Assembly (NCBI RefSeq): GCF_006345805.1
Contig: NC_042998.1
Location: 4,836,001-4,900,000 of the forward strand
Direction: 5' to 3'
DNA length: 64,000 nucleotides
From: Octopus sinensis
Taxonomy: Eukaryota
Made by a program: the position numbers and the translations under genes. Below the pieces are notes generated by a model. It had not been told where the DNA came from. It ran no database searches and was given only the letters and a program-made list of their open reading frames with translations. Position 1 is the first letter of the stretch. Every line of letters begins with the position of its first letter. This document shows, piece after piece, positions 11,930 through 26,172 of the stretch.

Positions 11930-12178
11930 ATGTAGAATATAGAATATATAGTATAAATAATATATATATATATAGTAAAATGAAATGAAGTATTGATTGT
12001 CTTATTGAATAGATGAAATGTAGTCACAACCTGGGACCTTGAAGACTACTATAACGCATGAAAGTATAATAGTCCCTTAATATTTTATATTCAACATTTC
12101 ATCTATTCAATAAGACAATCAATACTTCATTTCATTTTACTATATATATATTATACTATATATTCTATATTCTACATT
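11930..12178. repeat. Inverted repeat, about 90-bp arms with about 70-bp spacer (MITE or fold-back)
   Basis: TAGTAAAATGAAATGAAGTATTGATTGTCTTATTGAATAGATGAAATGT is mirrored by ACATTTCATCTATTCAATAAGACAATCAATACTTCATTTCATTTTACTA. Confidence 0.85.
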
Positions 12179-12278
12179 AATATTATAAAGAATATAAATA
12201 AACCATTAAAAAACAGAGTTAGAATTTCTTTGAATAATATATATATATGTATATGTATATGTATATATATATATATAT

Positions 12279-13710
12279 AACTTAGATAAAACTTAGATAT
12301 GCTTCGACCAAAGAGGTCTCGGCCATGTCTAACTTAATAGCACCAACTGGTGGGATTATATAAATCCTTTTTAAGTCAAGTTTTGTTTATAGTCCATTCA
12401 AGTAGTGAGTTCTTGTTGAGTAAGTTGTATCCAGGTATGGGTGGCTTACCTGGTATTCCTTGAAGAAATCTATCTCGACTCCGTTTAAAGGTGATGGGAT
12501 CCTTTTCCTCTTTGATCTGTTTTGGGACAATGTTAAACAGGGCAGGGCCCGTTTAGCAAAAAGAAATTATGTCACGGTGTACCTATATGTTGTGATCCTG
12601 AATTGGGAAGGGGACGTATGGCCCGTGGTCCCAGCCTTGGACGAACCTTGAAACTAATGTTCAGGTCGTTTGGGCAATACTGGAGCTATAATCTCCACAT
12701 CGTACAAATGATGTACCGCTCGCGGCGACGCTGGAGAAGGTAAACTTTCAAGGCTTTAAGACGGTCCCAGTAATCGAGATCAGTCATGTCTTTATTTCGT
12801 TTAGTGAATGTCCTCTGGGGTGATTCAATCTTCGAGATGTTTTGTATGGGGAGACCAAAAGGGGCAGTAGTATTCGATGTGTGGCCGTACAAAGGAGGAG
12901 AAAAGTGGAATGATGACACCTTGTTCTCTGGACCGGAAGGTTCTTAAGGTCCAGGAGCTCATCCTACGAGCTAGATCGACCTTATTGTGGATATGGGCAC
13001 TCCAACTGACATTGTTATCAACAATTACACCCAGGTCTCTGATATTATTGGATCCCATGAGCGATTCCCTTGAAGGAAAAGAGTATGGCTGTTTTAATAT
13101 AGACTTTCTTCCAAAATGCATCAGCTCAAATTTTCCCTCGTTCAGTTGCATTTTGTTTTTGTCTACCCATTGACTCAAATCATATAGATCAGACTGGAGT
13201 TGAGTTCGGTCTCCATCTTCATTGATGATTTGCTGGAGCTTAGTGTCATCAGCAAATATTTTCACTTTGCAGTGATTTACGACTCCGGAATGGTCATTTA
13301 TGTAAATTTGAAAGAGGAGCAAACCCAACATAGCCCCCTGATGGACACCACTAGTGACTTTTGCTGGGCCTGTGTGGGCTCCATCGACCACATGTTGTGT
13401 TCTATTCGCCAGGAAATACTTAATCCAGTGTGGAAGTTTTCCACTGATTCCAACATTTGCCAATTTTGAGAATAAGATATTACGGTCAACCCTATCGAAC
13501 GCTTTACTGAAGTCAAGATATATGACATCAGAGTTCGAACCTGTTGCCAAGGCTTTAAGTATATCTTCAATGTGGTGTAAGAGCTGTGTTAGACAGTGTC
13601 TGTCACAGCGAAAGCCATGCCGGTTTGCATTTAGGAGTTTGTGGATCTCCAGGAAGTCAGCTAAGTTTGTGCATTTTCTGTGGTCCTCTTTTGATATAAA
13701 TACACGTGGT
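12279..13710 (-). mobile_element. 5'-truncated CR1-group LINE (reverse transcriptase and C-terminus), frameshifted
   Basis: ORF 12825-13550 has YLDFSKAFDRV, GVHQGAMLGLLLFQIYIND, IFADDTKL, RDLGVIVD and VRPHIEYYCPFWSP. It continues in other frames (IESPQRTFTKR...YWDRLKALKVYLLQRRRERY; FNIVPKQI...PPIPGY). Short tandem tail ATCTAAGTTTT/ATCTAAGTT. Confidence 0.92.
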
Positions 13711-14189
13711 CGTCGTGAGAAAATTTAAATCTGACTTTTTTGGAATCTATACTTGCAAATGTTTGTGTATAGACGTGCAAACCCGCTTTGTTATGTGTAT
13801 GTACTAATACATGTTTGCATTTTTTTTTTACATGTATTGCACTGACGATGGGAAAAATCTATTTAAGATTTTAATCTTGAAATTAGCGAATTCGCAATTA
13901 ATGTGGAGTCTTTTTTTATAATATATCAGTCGCATGTATTTAAGGAGTTTCTCTCGGCAGCTTCGTAACGTTTCAACATTCATCCAGCATGGTGGAGAAA
14001 TGTCATGTTTCGACTTTCACCTTTCAAGTAATTATATATATATATATAATTATCAATCTAATATGTAAATTGCTTATAAACCTTTATTCCATGCTAACTG
14101 ATAATAATCATTAACGTGATTTTTATCCTTATTTTATGAATATATGTATATGTATATATATATAAGTATATATATATATATATTATATA

Positions 14190-14247
<58 letters not shown>

Positions 14248-17200
14248 TATATATACATACATATGTATATACACACATATATAATGTATATATATTTGTA
14301 TAAATGATTATGGATAATATCATTATAAAGATGACAATCGTATCAGTTGCCAGCACGTAATAAAAACCAAAACTCGCTCGGATCTGATAAGATTGGGTCA
14401 AGATAAAACTTCCACCAATTGATTTTGAAGACGATACGTTTGGCTCCTAAAAGTAGCCCTAACCAATGTTGAAATATTTTTCTCGATATCTTTTAGTGTT
14501 ACAGCAAAATGTTGATAAAATAAAGAGTTGTAATCAGAAGAGTTGGTAGTTTGTGTTCCATATTTCACAATAAACTGCATCTCTGGACTAACTTAACTGT
14601 TAAATTTATCTAAATTTCTATCATTATGATAAATTACCTTTTAATAAATAGTGGCAATTTAAATCGGAAATGTTTTTTTTAATTATTTTCAATGTAGAGG
14701 TCATGTTCTTTTCTCAAGTTAGATTCAATTAATCCTAGATACACTTACTCATTCATGATCGAACACCTTTCGGTATTTACTAATGTTAACAAAGTTAAAC
14801 TGAAAGTCTTAAAATTGAAAACAAGACAGAGAAATCTAGTTGTCTCCCTTTATCTAGACTCTAGTTAAATGCCTCCCTTTATTTAGACGTGTGATTCTAG
14901 TTTCTCGGTTCAAATCTCCATGCTTTAAATTCCTTTTCTTTGCTTATTGTAAAAATAGATATGTTTATTATATTGACATCCATCCAATATGTTATTTAGC
15001 TAAATAAATTTTAGATTTTTCATGGCAAATCCACATTTACCTAGTTTAAAAAAAAGTCATATATTCCCATTTTATCGAATAATACGTCTTAGCTTTAATT
15101 TTCAGTTTAGAGAGTAATCGAATAATGAATTCAATGTCTGTTAGTCGTGTGGAGCTAGTCATGAGCTTTTAGATTAGAATACATTTATATAAATATTAAC
15201 TAAATATGAGTAGTTTACATTTATAACAGTTGCACGGTTTCCTTTCATTACATCATTCTTCTTCCTTTAATCTTATTCGATATAAATATAATTTCATTTG
15301 GTCCACTCTTTATGAAGTATATCGTAATTTTCATTGAGACATTTTCTACAGATATTTTGATATGAATCTAATGTTTGCATAACTTTCATTTCATATTATC
15401 CACTTCACATTATACTTTCACTTTCAGTATTTTGCTCCTTATTTCATTGAAAATTCCATCTTTATACTTCTTTGTTATTATACTATGGCTGTTATTATTG
15501 TCACGTTGTTGTAATCTAAAATTGAAGTAGTCAGTAAAGGTAATTGACCTTTACCAAATAGATATTGTGAATTAAGCATGAAGATAAGCCGAACTGCAGA
15601 CCGGTCAACTTGAATGGAATTTGCTAAGTGTAGGTATTGCAATATAATAGCATAATTACTATGAGAAGAATAACGCAATTACAAGAAGGAATAAAATGAT
15701 TATGAAATAAAAGGATCCTCGGGGAATCGAAAAGAGAAAGAAAATGCATTGAAAGAATGTACACCACTTCAAAGCAACTCTAGACGTGCGGCAAAGTTTT
15801 AAGCAAGAAGATAAAGTCATTGCATTAGGTTACATTGGATAATTACAATTGAAGCACTATAAGTGGGAAATAAAGTCCAAAATAGTAAACTTAATGCTCC
15901 GTTCAATTATGTATGTTGACTCCCAAAAGGATTTTCAGTATTATTGTTGACACAGTAAACTGTAAGGATTCCTAAAGAATAGCTAGGAAATCTATGCAAT
16001 CCGAGCTGTTAACCATAGCCGATATCCGGAAATAAAATGACTATCGTAGAAAACCAGAATTTATAATAACCTATAGGGTTGTCAGTGTAAATCACTCGAT
16101 GACATTTGCAAATACTTGAGGAACAGACATTGATTAAAATTCGAACAGAATATTCTTCAATCTCTAACTTCTTTGTCAATAGAAGCTTTCAACTGTCGTT
16201 AATATCCCTAGGAGCCAGTGAATGAGCATATCGACTTCTACGAACTATCAGCTTTTAATTTCTTAGAAAGAAAATTCTAAACACAAATTATAAATTATTT
16301 ATAAGATGCTACAAAGAAATCATAGCCTATCAAATGACCACAAGTATTTCATGAAAAATATTTTGTAAGCTAATCTACACTAATATATTGAGAATATTCA
16401 AGTATTATTTTCATTCAGAACGTAAAAATATAGATGCTTGCCGCGTAATAAATTAAGCTAATAACGTACTTATTACTGTATATATGTGTGTGTGTATAAA
16501 ACTTTTACTGTTATATATTTATTTATATATATATATGGTATATAAAAGGTAAATTATGAGCTTCGTTGAATTATCTTTATTCATGATAATGCTGTCTTGA
16601 TATCATTTAATTTTATATTTGTCATCCATTATATCACGAATTGGAAAATTTGTTTACCTTACAAACAGCAGAAATGCACGTTGTACTGGCTGAACACTTT
16701 TGTTTAGAAATAAATACTTTCAAGTAGTAGAAAGAACTGCATTCATAAATTGAAATACGTTTGAGGCAATAGTGTCTCTTCCACTGACTAAAGGCTTTCG
16801 TTCGTTTGTCACAACTTTCTTTACTTTTTTGCTCACTTCTTCAAGTCTCAGTTAGAGCAAAAATTATACTTGACCCAAAATAAAACTCAATTCTGTCCTG
16901 TCTTACGTTTATTATTTCATCCATTTGGGTGGAAAATTTGACAGAGCTGTTAGATTGTTGGGTAGAAGTTCATGCAATATTTGTTCCGATTGTTTGGGCT
17001 TTAAACTTAGATACTATCACGGTCAAAGTTTGGTTTTCCCTATATCGGAGGCCTTAAATACGTACCACTAAAGATCAATGCATCGGCGGACTTGAACAAA
17101 GCAAAGGACCATGTATCTCACTATATTTGTTCCTTCCCTTGGTCTCCTGAGTTCATATCCCTTCAAAACCTAATTGTGTGGTTCATTTAATACGTCTAAT

Positions 17201-18471
17201 GGTCTAACAGCACCACCTGGCAGCCAACGAGTCAAGCGTGGTATCATGGACATTGCTTTCCTCCTACCTAAACGATAAAAAGATAAGCTACTTGAAAAAT
17301 CATTTTGATTTGAGTCTCTGACGACAGTCAGAAAATGATAGAAATTGTAACTGAATGTGTTAGAAGAAAAACAAGTCAATATTAGTCGGCACTTCAAAGT
17401 CTAAGGGACTAAAACATTCCGGTAACGGGAGTTTCTGTTTGGTTTCTCGATATGCACAACTGAGTTACCATCGCATTGCAACTTATCATCTCGTAAAATT
17501 CAGTGATAGATAATTAAAACCTCTCTATCTTCATCATTAAGCAAAGGTGAGATTAGTCAAATTTTGAGTAATACACAAGTCTGCCGAGTCTTATAATTAA
17601 ATTTCATACTAGAGTTTATTGAGAACAGTTGAACTCAGCAATACAACTCAATAAAATATAATACAACTTCACGTTGGTTATATTTTCCTCATTCAAGAAT
17701 CATACAATATGTGTACTGCTTATTGTCTGTGATATGAATATAATTGTTGAAAATCACATGGATACTCAAATGACAAAATGTACTGCCAGTAAGAACATTT
17801 AAATAACTCCCTTATCTGATCATTCCTATTCGAAATGTTGACTCATTTAACATGTCCATATCAAATACTTTAATAGCAGGGATCTTATAGAACAAAGAAT
17901 TACGGTATCACACTACAATGTATTCTAAAACACTGGAAGAACTAAGCACATACAAAGCTGTAATAGATCAACATATGGAAGGCTACTGTGAGAACGGAAG
18001 AACTATAGAAGGTATAATGAACTAAATTATAGTGGTGAATTGATAATTGTAAACTAATAATCATGAAGTCAAATCAGATTAAGGAACATATTACGCAATA
18101 TAAACTGTCGGATACAAAATATAAACAAAATGGCACATACATTTCAATCATCACTCCGGCGTTTCTAAAAAGTGAGGCTAGAAAATGAAACATAAAACAC
18201 TACAACGTAAAGAAAATAGGAAGAAAGCAGTCAAAATGAAATCTAAGAAAAACACACACACACAAACAAGCAAGCAAACAAACAAACACAATTACACACT
18301 CACACATCTATTTCATAAATAATAGGCAGAAGTTAGTTTCATACGCTGGCACTTATTCATAAATACCAACGTACGAAACTTTCGGCCCTTGAGCCACTCT
18401 GAACTTCTTCCGATTATTAACCAGTATACACACACACACAAACACACACAAACACACACACACACACACAC

Positions 18472-18823
<352 letters not shown>

Positions 18824-18960
18824 ATATTTATATTTTAAAAAAAACATTCAAATTTCCACACGAAAGCACGTAACTTCAAACTTGTCTTCTCTGATGTGAA
18901 TTTGCTACCCAGGTATCGGTTAACCGAATTATCCTTAACAAGATAATTCATTCAACTACT

Positions 18961-18994
<34 letters not shown>

Positions 18995-19001
18995 TTATAT
19001 A

Positions 19002-19109
<108 letters not shown>

Positions 19110-19132
19110 GTGTGTGTGTATATACATGTATA

Positions 19133-19810
19133 CAGGTTGGGGCAGAGAGAACGGACATTTTTGAAATGGCTATTACTCAGCCCCAAGGTACCATTCGGTC
19201 CGTGGCGTCTCAGCATTTCTTTTCTTTTTCTTCTTTTCAAGTGAAGCCATGGCGCTGTGGACGATAGAACACAACGTGTTTGCCTACAATACTTACGTGA
19301 AGAATAATGTGTCTGTCACAGCAGTTCAACCTGAGTTTCGGCGTCACTTCAACAACCACGGAAATCAGTCTGTTCTCACTCGCTACACAATCTTACGTTG
19401 GGTGAATGCACTTCGTACACGCTATACACTAATGACTAGAAGACTGGTGGGGCCCCATGAACGGTATGCACACCGGAAAATGTAGGACGTGTCAGACAAG
19501 CTTTGATACGGAGTCCCAATCGCACTGCTCATAGGCATTCACTGAACTTGGAATCAGTAATCAATCTGTAAGGCGTATTTTGCACGAAGACTTGGATTTC
19601 CATCCGTAGAAACTTGTCATTGAGCAACAATTGAAACCATGGAACTATGCACAGCGGCTTAAATTCCGCATGTGAGATGGAAGCAATTTTTAAGGTAACT
19701 GAAAACTTCATTTTGTTAATGAGTGGCGAAGCTCATTTTCATCTCAATGACATGGTGAATCAACAGAATTCTTAATATTGGGCTCTTGAAAATCCGAGAG
19801 AACTACACGT
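19133..19810 (+). mobile_element. Decayed Tc1/mariner element (DUF4817-type HTH, maT/rosa-like), 5' half
   Basis: Starts TA|CAGGTTGGGG. Translation MALWTIEHNVFAYNTYVKNNVSVTAVQPEFRRHF...TILRWV, then (frameshift) PENVGRVRQALIRSP...SVRRILHEDLDFHP*KL and MSGEAHFHLNDMVNQQN..YWALENP. Confidence 0.85.
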
Positions 19811-19828
19811 TATATATATTAAAGTGCA

Positions 19829-19867
<39 letters not shown>

Positions 19868-20399
19868 GCAGTTATATATATATGTGTGTGTGTATATATA
19901 TATATGTGTGTGTGTGTGTATGTATATATATCTTGTACTCTGTTTTTTCGTTGTTTAAAAAAATTGTCCGTTTCCATGGTTTTGTTTTTATGTTTTCGTT
20001 TCTCATTGTGTTCGACGTTTTTTTGGTGTCCTGTACCCATATATACATGTATATATACATATATATGTAGGTTCCTACATATATGTATGCATATATGCAT
20101 ATGTTTTATTTATTATTTTATTATATATATATAAATATATATATATATATGAAATATGGAGACTGGTACATCTTCAAATTTTGATTTTGATTTTAACGGT
20201 AAATTATGCAGCATAATTATCAGTGATTAAAAGAAATATTTGAAAAAAATGCTCACCCTAATCAGTCCTTGCCACTTGTTACTACTTGATGCGGTTGGCC
20301 GGACCCTGGACTATTCCTGAGAGTTTATACAGTACCTGTGTAAAAACTGTACCCTTATATAATCAACATACCGATGTTATATAATGTATGTGTTTTGTT

Positions 20400-20465
20400 T
20401 ATGAGCTTATTGGTTGCGGAATTTGTCAAGGGAAGAAATTCCCTGTATGACGTCGAGTGTCGAAA
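20400..20465 (+). mobile_element. Possible mariner transposase remnant
   Basis: LVAEFVKGRNSLYDVECR resembles the mariner W..EFKRGRTSL.D motif; very short. Confidence 0.3.
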
Positions 20466-20618
20466 TACTTGAATGTTTAAAGTAAAACCAAATGAATTTA
20501 TCCACGGTTGTACGGGGAATATCGACATAGCTACTGTTACTTCAACTCGTCGGCACCGTATACGCGAGTATTCTGGAAACGAATTGATGGTCTTAGTATA
20601 TGTGGAGATAGGTATTCA

Positions 20619-20853
20619 GGCGGCGAGCTGGCAGAAACGTTAGCACGCCGGGCGAAATGCTTAGTGGTTTTTCGTCTGCCGCTACGTTCTGAGTTCAAAT
20701 TCCGCCGCAGTCGACTTTGCCTTTCATCCTTTCGGGGTCGATAAATTAAGTACCAGTTACGCACTGGGATCGATGTAATCGACTTAATACCTATGTCTGT
20801 CCTTGTTTGTCCCCTCTGTGTTTAGCCCCTTGTGGGTAGTAAAGAAATAGGTA
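20619..20853 (+). mobile_element. tRNA-derived SINE family B, with apparent TSD ATAGGTATTCA
   Basis: Head GGCGGCGAGCTGGCAGAAACGTTAGC...GAGTTCAAATTCC, core GCCTTTCATCCTTTCGGGGTCGATAAATTAAGTACCAG; the same 11-mer occurs on both flanks. Confidence 0.85.
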
Positions 20854-21129
20854 TTCAGTATGGTCTTAATACCCAATGTCTTAAAGTGATTTTTTTCAAG
20901 GACGAATCAGCAGCCAATATGCGCATAAAAAAGCACATACGTTATGTGTGTAGCATCAGTAATGTTTAACTGCTTAGAGCTGCTTCTAATTCAAAATCGC
21001 GTGAGTGTGTTTGCGTGTATGTGTATACGAGTGTAGGCGTGTGTGTGCGTGTGTGTGGGGGGGTGTACGAGTGGGTGTTGAAATGTTTCTGGCTAATGGT
21101 TATTACGACAGACCGGGCTGCAGGCGCAA

Positions 21130-21215
21130 ACTTCGGAGTTTTTTTTTACAGGGCTTAGAAAAAACTGAAGGACGGTAGAAACAAGTGTGTGATTCTAAGA
21201 GAGAAATATGCTGGA
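21130..21215 (+). mobile_element. Possible mariner transposase C-terminal remnant
   Basis: FLQGLEKTEGR*KQVCDS region resembles the mariner end motif FY..GI.KL..RW.KC; frameshifted and short. Confidence 0.3.
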
Positions 21216-21449
21216 TTAAATCATAATTAATTGATCCGCCTGTATTTCCTTCACCAAAAGCCAGGCTCTTTTCAGCATCCACTAGTATGCATGTATGTAT
21301 GTATGTATGTATGTATGTATGTACGTACGTACGTACGCATGTATGTATGTATGTATAGATGTATGTATATATAGATCTATGTATAGATGTATGTATGTAT
21401 GTTTGTATGTATGTATGTTTGTATGTATGTATGTATGTATGTATGCATG

Positions 21450-21483
<34 letters not shown>

Positions 21484-21599
21484 TGCATATATATATGTAT
21501 GTGCATATTTGTATATTTTATATATGTATTCTCATGCATGTAGTTGCATATCTAGAAATGCTCTTATATGCTTAAATGATAAACTTCAGGAAAGTTTTC

Positions 21600-21888
21600 C
21601 ATATTCTTCCAGTTCCAGTTCTTATTTCTTTGTCCTCGGGATTATCTTTTCGACGAACTTCAGTATAGAGTGTCCTAGCTACAACGTCAAGTCTCATCGG
21701 TAGATAATACTGTGATAACATTTTCGGACACTTGCTTATGATGTGGGTGATATCTTCAGTGTGAGCTCCACAAAGTCTGCATCGGTTGTCATATATTACG
21801 GCTTTACCTGCATCCCTATTCCTTTTGTGCATCAGGTACTTGATTGATATTTCCTGTTCCTGGATTGCAAACGCATACCCTTCAAAGT
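21600..21888 (-). mobile_element. R4/Dong-clade non-LTR retrotransposon fragment (CCHC zinc knuckle region)
   Basis: [23 protein letters not shown]...DNRCRLCGAHTEDITHIISKCPKMLSQYYLPMRLDVVARTLY matches the R4-clade pattern EG...AIQ(D/E)Q...CRLC....E...HIIS.C. Confidence 0.8.
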
Positions 21889-21937
21889 GGGAGATAGATA
21901 TATAGATAGATAGGTAGATAGATAGATAGATAGATAT

Positions 21938-21977
21938 GTTTCTTTATTAGCCACACAGGGCTGCACACAGACAGGAC

Positions 21978-21980
<3 letters not shown>
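21938..21980 (-). mobile_element. 43-bp extreme 3' end of the Tx1-like LINE, inside (GATA)n
   Basis: Reverse complement TTTGTCCTGTCTGTGTGCAGCCCTGTGTGGCTAATAAAGAAAC matches the 3' ends at 34757-34797 and 40632-40673. Confidence 0.85.
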
Positions 21981-22045
<65 letters not shown>

Positions 22046-22284
22046 TCAGATAGATAGACAGACAGATAGATATATATAACTGAGTGTGTGTGCGTGTGTG
22101 TGTGCGTGGGTGTGAGTGTGTGCGTATGTGTGTGTTTACATACATTTATATATATTTTGGTTTGTGCGTCTATTTATTTGAGTGCATGTGATATTCTTTG
22201 TTTCATTCTGGAGCACTACTTTAAAGGACTTTTTTTTATTCAAAGAAATCGATCCCATCACTTATTCTTTATAATCCTAGTACT

Positions 22285-22514
22285 TATTCTATCAGTCATT
22301 TGGGTCGATAAATAAAGTACCAGTGTCCCACTGGGGTCGATGTAATCGACTTAATTCCTTTGTCTGTCCTTGTTTGTCCCCTCTATGTTTAGCCCTCTTG
22401 TGGGCAGTAAAGAAATACATTTATGCCGAACTCCTGAGTTACGGGGACATAAACACACCAGCATGTGTTGTCAAGCAATTGTAGGGGACAAGCACAAACA
22501 CACACACACGCACG

Positions 22515-22563
<49 letters not shown>

Positions 22564-22727
22564 TCGACGGACTTCTTTCAGTTTATGTCTGCCAAATCCG
22601 CAGACAAGACTTTGGTCGGTCGAAGCCTATAGTAGAAGGCATTTGCCCAAGGTGCTACGCATTGGGAATGATCGCGGAACCATATTGTTAGGAAGCAAGA
22701 TTCTTACGACACAGCCACGCCTGCGCC
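22285..22727. mobile_element. SINE family B 3' half (+) joined tail-to-tail to a SINE family A copy (-)
   Basis: GGGTCGATAAATAAAGTACCAG...AGTAAAGAAATA (+), followed by the reverse complement of family A ending CACAGCCACGCCTGCGCC at 22727. Confidence 0.75.
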
Positions 22728-23037
22728 TTCATATATTTATACGATAATATGCGATAATATTGATCCAAGTACTTGAACAGGGAGATACATACATAAAACT
22801 ACCATTAAAAGGAATAATAGGTTCATCTGAGCGATACTGTATATTTGATGCATGTATAAATGTTTGGTACTCTACTCGTATGGCCATGTGGACAGAATCT
22901 TAAAATGCTGAGATATTCTTCACTTGCTTAGCAGTTGGATTTGTCTCACGATTTTTAACCGCTCCATTACTTTTAGGTTTGCGTTTTTTGAAGGAAATAA
23001 ATTTTGAATCAAAACTTTTAAAACCATTATTATTATT

Positions 23038-23072
<35 letters not shown>

Positions 23073-23328
23073 CGGTGTTATTACTGCTGTTGTTGTTGGT
23101 CATGTTGATAATGGTGGTCCTGGTGCTGGTGGTGCTGGTGGTGGTAGTGGTGAAGGTGGTGGTTGTGGTGTTATTGTTGTTATTAAAATATCATTGGCCG
23201 GATATTAATAAAACACAAAACATGATATTTAATCATGTTTGCTGCTTAACCGAAGTTACATGTATCCACTCATATTCTCTTGCATTGAATCCTTCACACT
23301 CACACACACACACAAACTAGTGCATATG

Positions 23329-23362
<34 letters not shown>

Positions 23363-23610
23363 GTATGTATAAATGTATGTATGTATATATGCATATATAC
23401 ATATCTACATATGTACACGATACATACACATCACACACCATATATATATTATATGTACATATATATATATATATATAATATATATATATATACGGTATAT
23501 ATATATATATATATATAATATATATATATTACACACATGTTATGTATGTGCATGTATCGTATGCATATATATATATGTGCATATATTTAAATATATATAT
23601 ATATATATAG

Positions 23611-23677
<67 letters not shown>

Positions 23678-25329
23678 ATATATATATTATATATATATAT
23701 ATATATCTATATAATATATATATATTATTTCGAAGAACGTTAACTGCTAAGATAGAGCATTGATAAAAATAAAAGATTATTATGGGACAAAGTAAAAAAA
23801 AAAAAAAACCGAAGAGAACTGAGAAAAAAGCAGATTAGAAAATTCTAGAAAATTTCTGAAGAAGGATAATTGTTGAGATTAGGACTTCATGGCAGGAAAT
23901 GGGAAATTTGGAGTTTAAATATTAGCACTAAAATCTTTTATTCATATTATTCTGTCCCCATAAAACGGGGAATAAAAGCGAAAAAGACAGTTATAAAGAA
24001 ATGAAGAATGGAAGCAAGAACATAAAAAACACACACACACATTGTAATCTCTACATATATGCATAAAGATTGTTTACTGTTACCTGTTTGAAGGTGTTTG
24101 AAGAATTTATTCAGTGAATTATGGAAAGCATACGTCTAAAATTACTCTAGATATAAATATTTCACGAAAACATCCACATCTGCAAATAATTTCCGAGATA
24201 AATTGACTGAAGAAGGGAATAAAATCCAAAGAATGGACGGACAATAAAATAGAAAAGGAACCAATATCAAAGACCATTATATACACAAACACGAAAGCAA
24301 GAAACACATAAACGCACATACATATATATTATATGCTTATATTTATGTTGTGTATGCGCGCCTGGCTCTGTCTGTGTGTGCGCACATGTGTGTTTGTGTG
24401 TGTGTGTGTGTGTGTGAGTATGTCGCGCACGTGCGTGTCTGTGTGTGCGTGTGTGCTTATAAAGGTACATACACACGTAGCTAAGTATTTCCCTTTGTGC
24501 TCAACCAATTGAATTCAAGTTCGATCTCATTGTCTGAATACTGGAAAGAATTATTTTGTCATCCTTGTGATGTCCAATATCTGGCGAGTTAGTGGGAAGA
24601 CGAATATTCTGTGCAGCCATATATATAGATGTGCATATGCTTGCATGGCAACATCCGTCTCTATTCTTCTCAAAATGTCTTGACGATGTAGTGTCAAATA
24701 GTTTTAACGAAATGGTGTCAAAAAGTGTTAACAATGTGGTGTCAAAAATAATAAACTGGTATTTCAACTACTATGCCTTTATAAAATAAATAACCTGAAA
24801 TAAATATTGAATCAATAATTAATTGATCCCTTAACTGAGACACCTCATAATATAGCGCTCTATTGACTATAACCAGTAGCGAAGAAAAAATTATATTACA
24901 GATAATGGAAAACTGTAATAAGGAAAATATAACCAAATATATCGTTGAAATTATCAAAACATATAGAAGGAAATTTTTATAGTCAGCGATTTAATCTTAC
25001 TTGTTTCTGCTTAGTGTCTATCATATCTAAATTTATATTTTAAAGTATAAATTAAATTCTGTCATAGCAAAATATTTCTATTTTCTGTTTCGAATCCATT
25101 ATTTAACTAGAGAGATTTGTCTGTGACGCTTTATTTACCTATATTTTCTGGTTATGGTTTTTATAGCTCGAAATGAGAAAAGTAAATTATGCAGTTATGT
25201 TAACAGACATTATACTTAGCGGGCAGAATGAAAAGTTCATAGACTGACGATGAAGAAGTGATGCTAGAACTGTGTTATCTTGCAGGCATTAATTTCAGTC
25301 CTTCTTATTAATGACTGCGTTGTTTATTT

Positions 25330-26040
25330 CTAGGTAAACTGACATCTCACCGTTCAAGGATTTCAAATATAAGCAGTAGCGACTTCTCTTGAAAATGGAC
25401 AAACTTTCGCATCGTGGTGTTAGCAAGTACATGCAGAAAAAGGATTTAGTCCCAAGGAGATTAATGTTCACATGGTTTCTGCATTAGGGGATGACACTCC
25501 AGCTTTATCAACAGTGCAACAGCTGAATCTAAGAGGGGAACGGCAAATCTTGAAGATGACCCAAATCTAGAAATTGCCACCACCGAGAAAAATATTGAAC
25601 GTGTTCATTACATGATGATGAATGACAGGCGATTAACTATAAAGCGAATAACCGACGTTACTAGCATATCCCGTGATAGAGTGAGAATTTTCTTTACAAT
25701 GAACTTGGCATGTCGAAGGTTTCTGCTCAGTGGATGCCATGTCTTTTGACATTTAATCAAAAATGCATCCGGCTCACCACATCATGAGAAAATCTGACAT
25801 CGTTTAGGGCAGATACAGCTGCTCTTCTTTAACGTTTTTCAGTGCAGGATGAATACAGGCTTCCTCACTTTGAACCAGAGACAAAGAGACAATCCATGCA
25901 GGAGAAACACTGCTCTTCACCTGCTACAAAGAAAACCAAGATCTTTTTATCTACAGGGAAGGTAGTGGCCTCAGTCTTTGGGGATGCAAAATTAATTTTC
26001 TTAATTGACTATCATCAGGAGAGTCGCATTATCAATGTAG
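25330..26040 (+). mobile_element. Decayed mariner transposase (Himar1/irritans-like), N-terminal two thirds
   Basis: MDKLSHRGVSKYMQKK..., DRRLTIKRI..., NELGMSKVSAQWMPCLLT, QDEYRLPHFEPETKRQSMQ...STGKVVASVFGDAKLIFLIDY; multiple stops and frameshifts. Confidence 0.88.
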
Positions 26041-26123
26041 GGCTTCCTATATCTTATCTCAATGTATCTTTGTTGGCATACGCTGATCTCTTACTCAATA
26101 ATAATAATAATAATAATAATAAC

Positions 26124-26170
<47 letters not shown>

Positions 26171-26172
<2 letters not shown>

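Noticed and set aside
14398-14590. 60-aa minus-strand ORF with coding-like composition
   Set aside because: No homology recognised and weak splice signals; cannot be supported from sequence alone.
17185-17280. Plus-strand peptide PGSQRVKRGIMDIAFLLPKR* resembling a neuropeptide precursor with dibasic sites
   Set aside because: Short frame, no signal peptide or convincing upstream exon, no recognised peptide family; likely chance.
17891-18011. Possible plus-strand exon NKELRYHTTMYSKTLEELSTYKAVIDQHMEGYCENGRTIE with AG/GT borders
   Set aside because: No recognisable homology; frames of about 40 codons occur by chance in a window this size.
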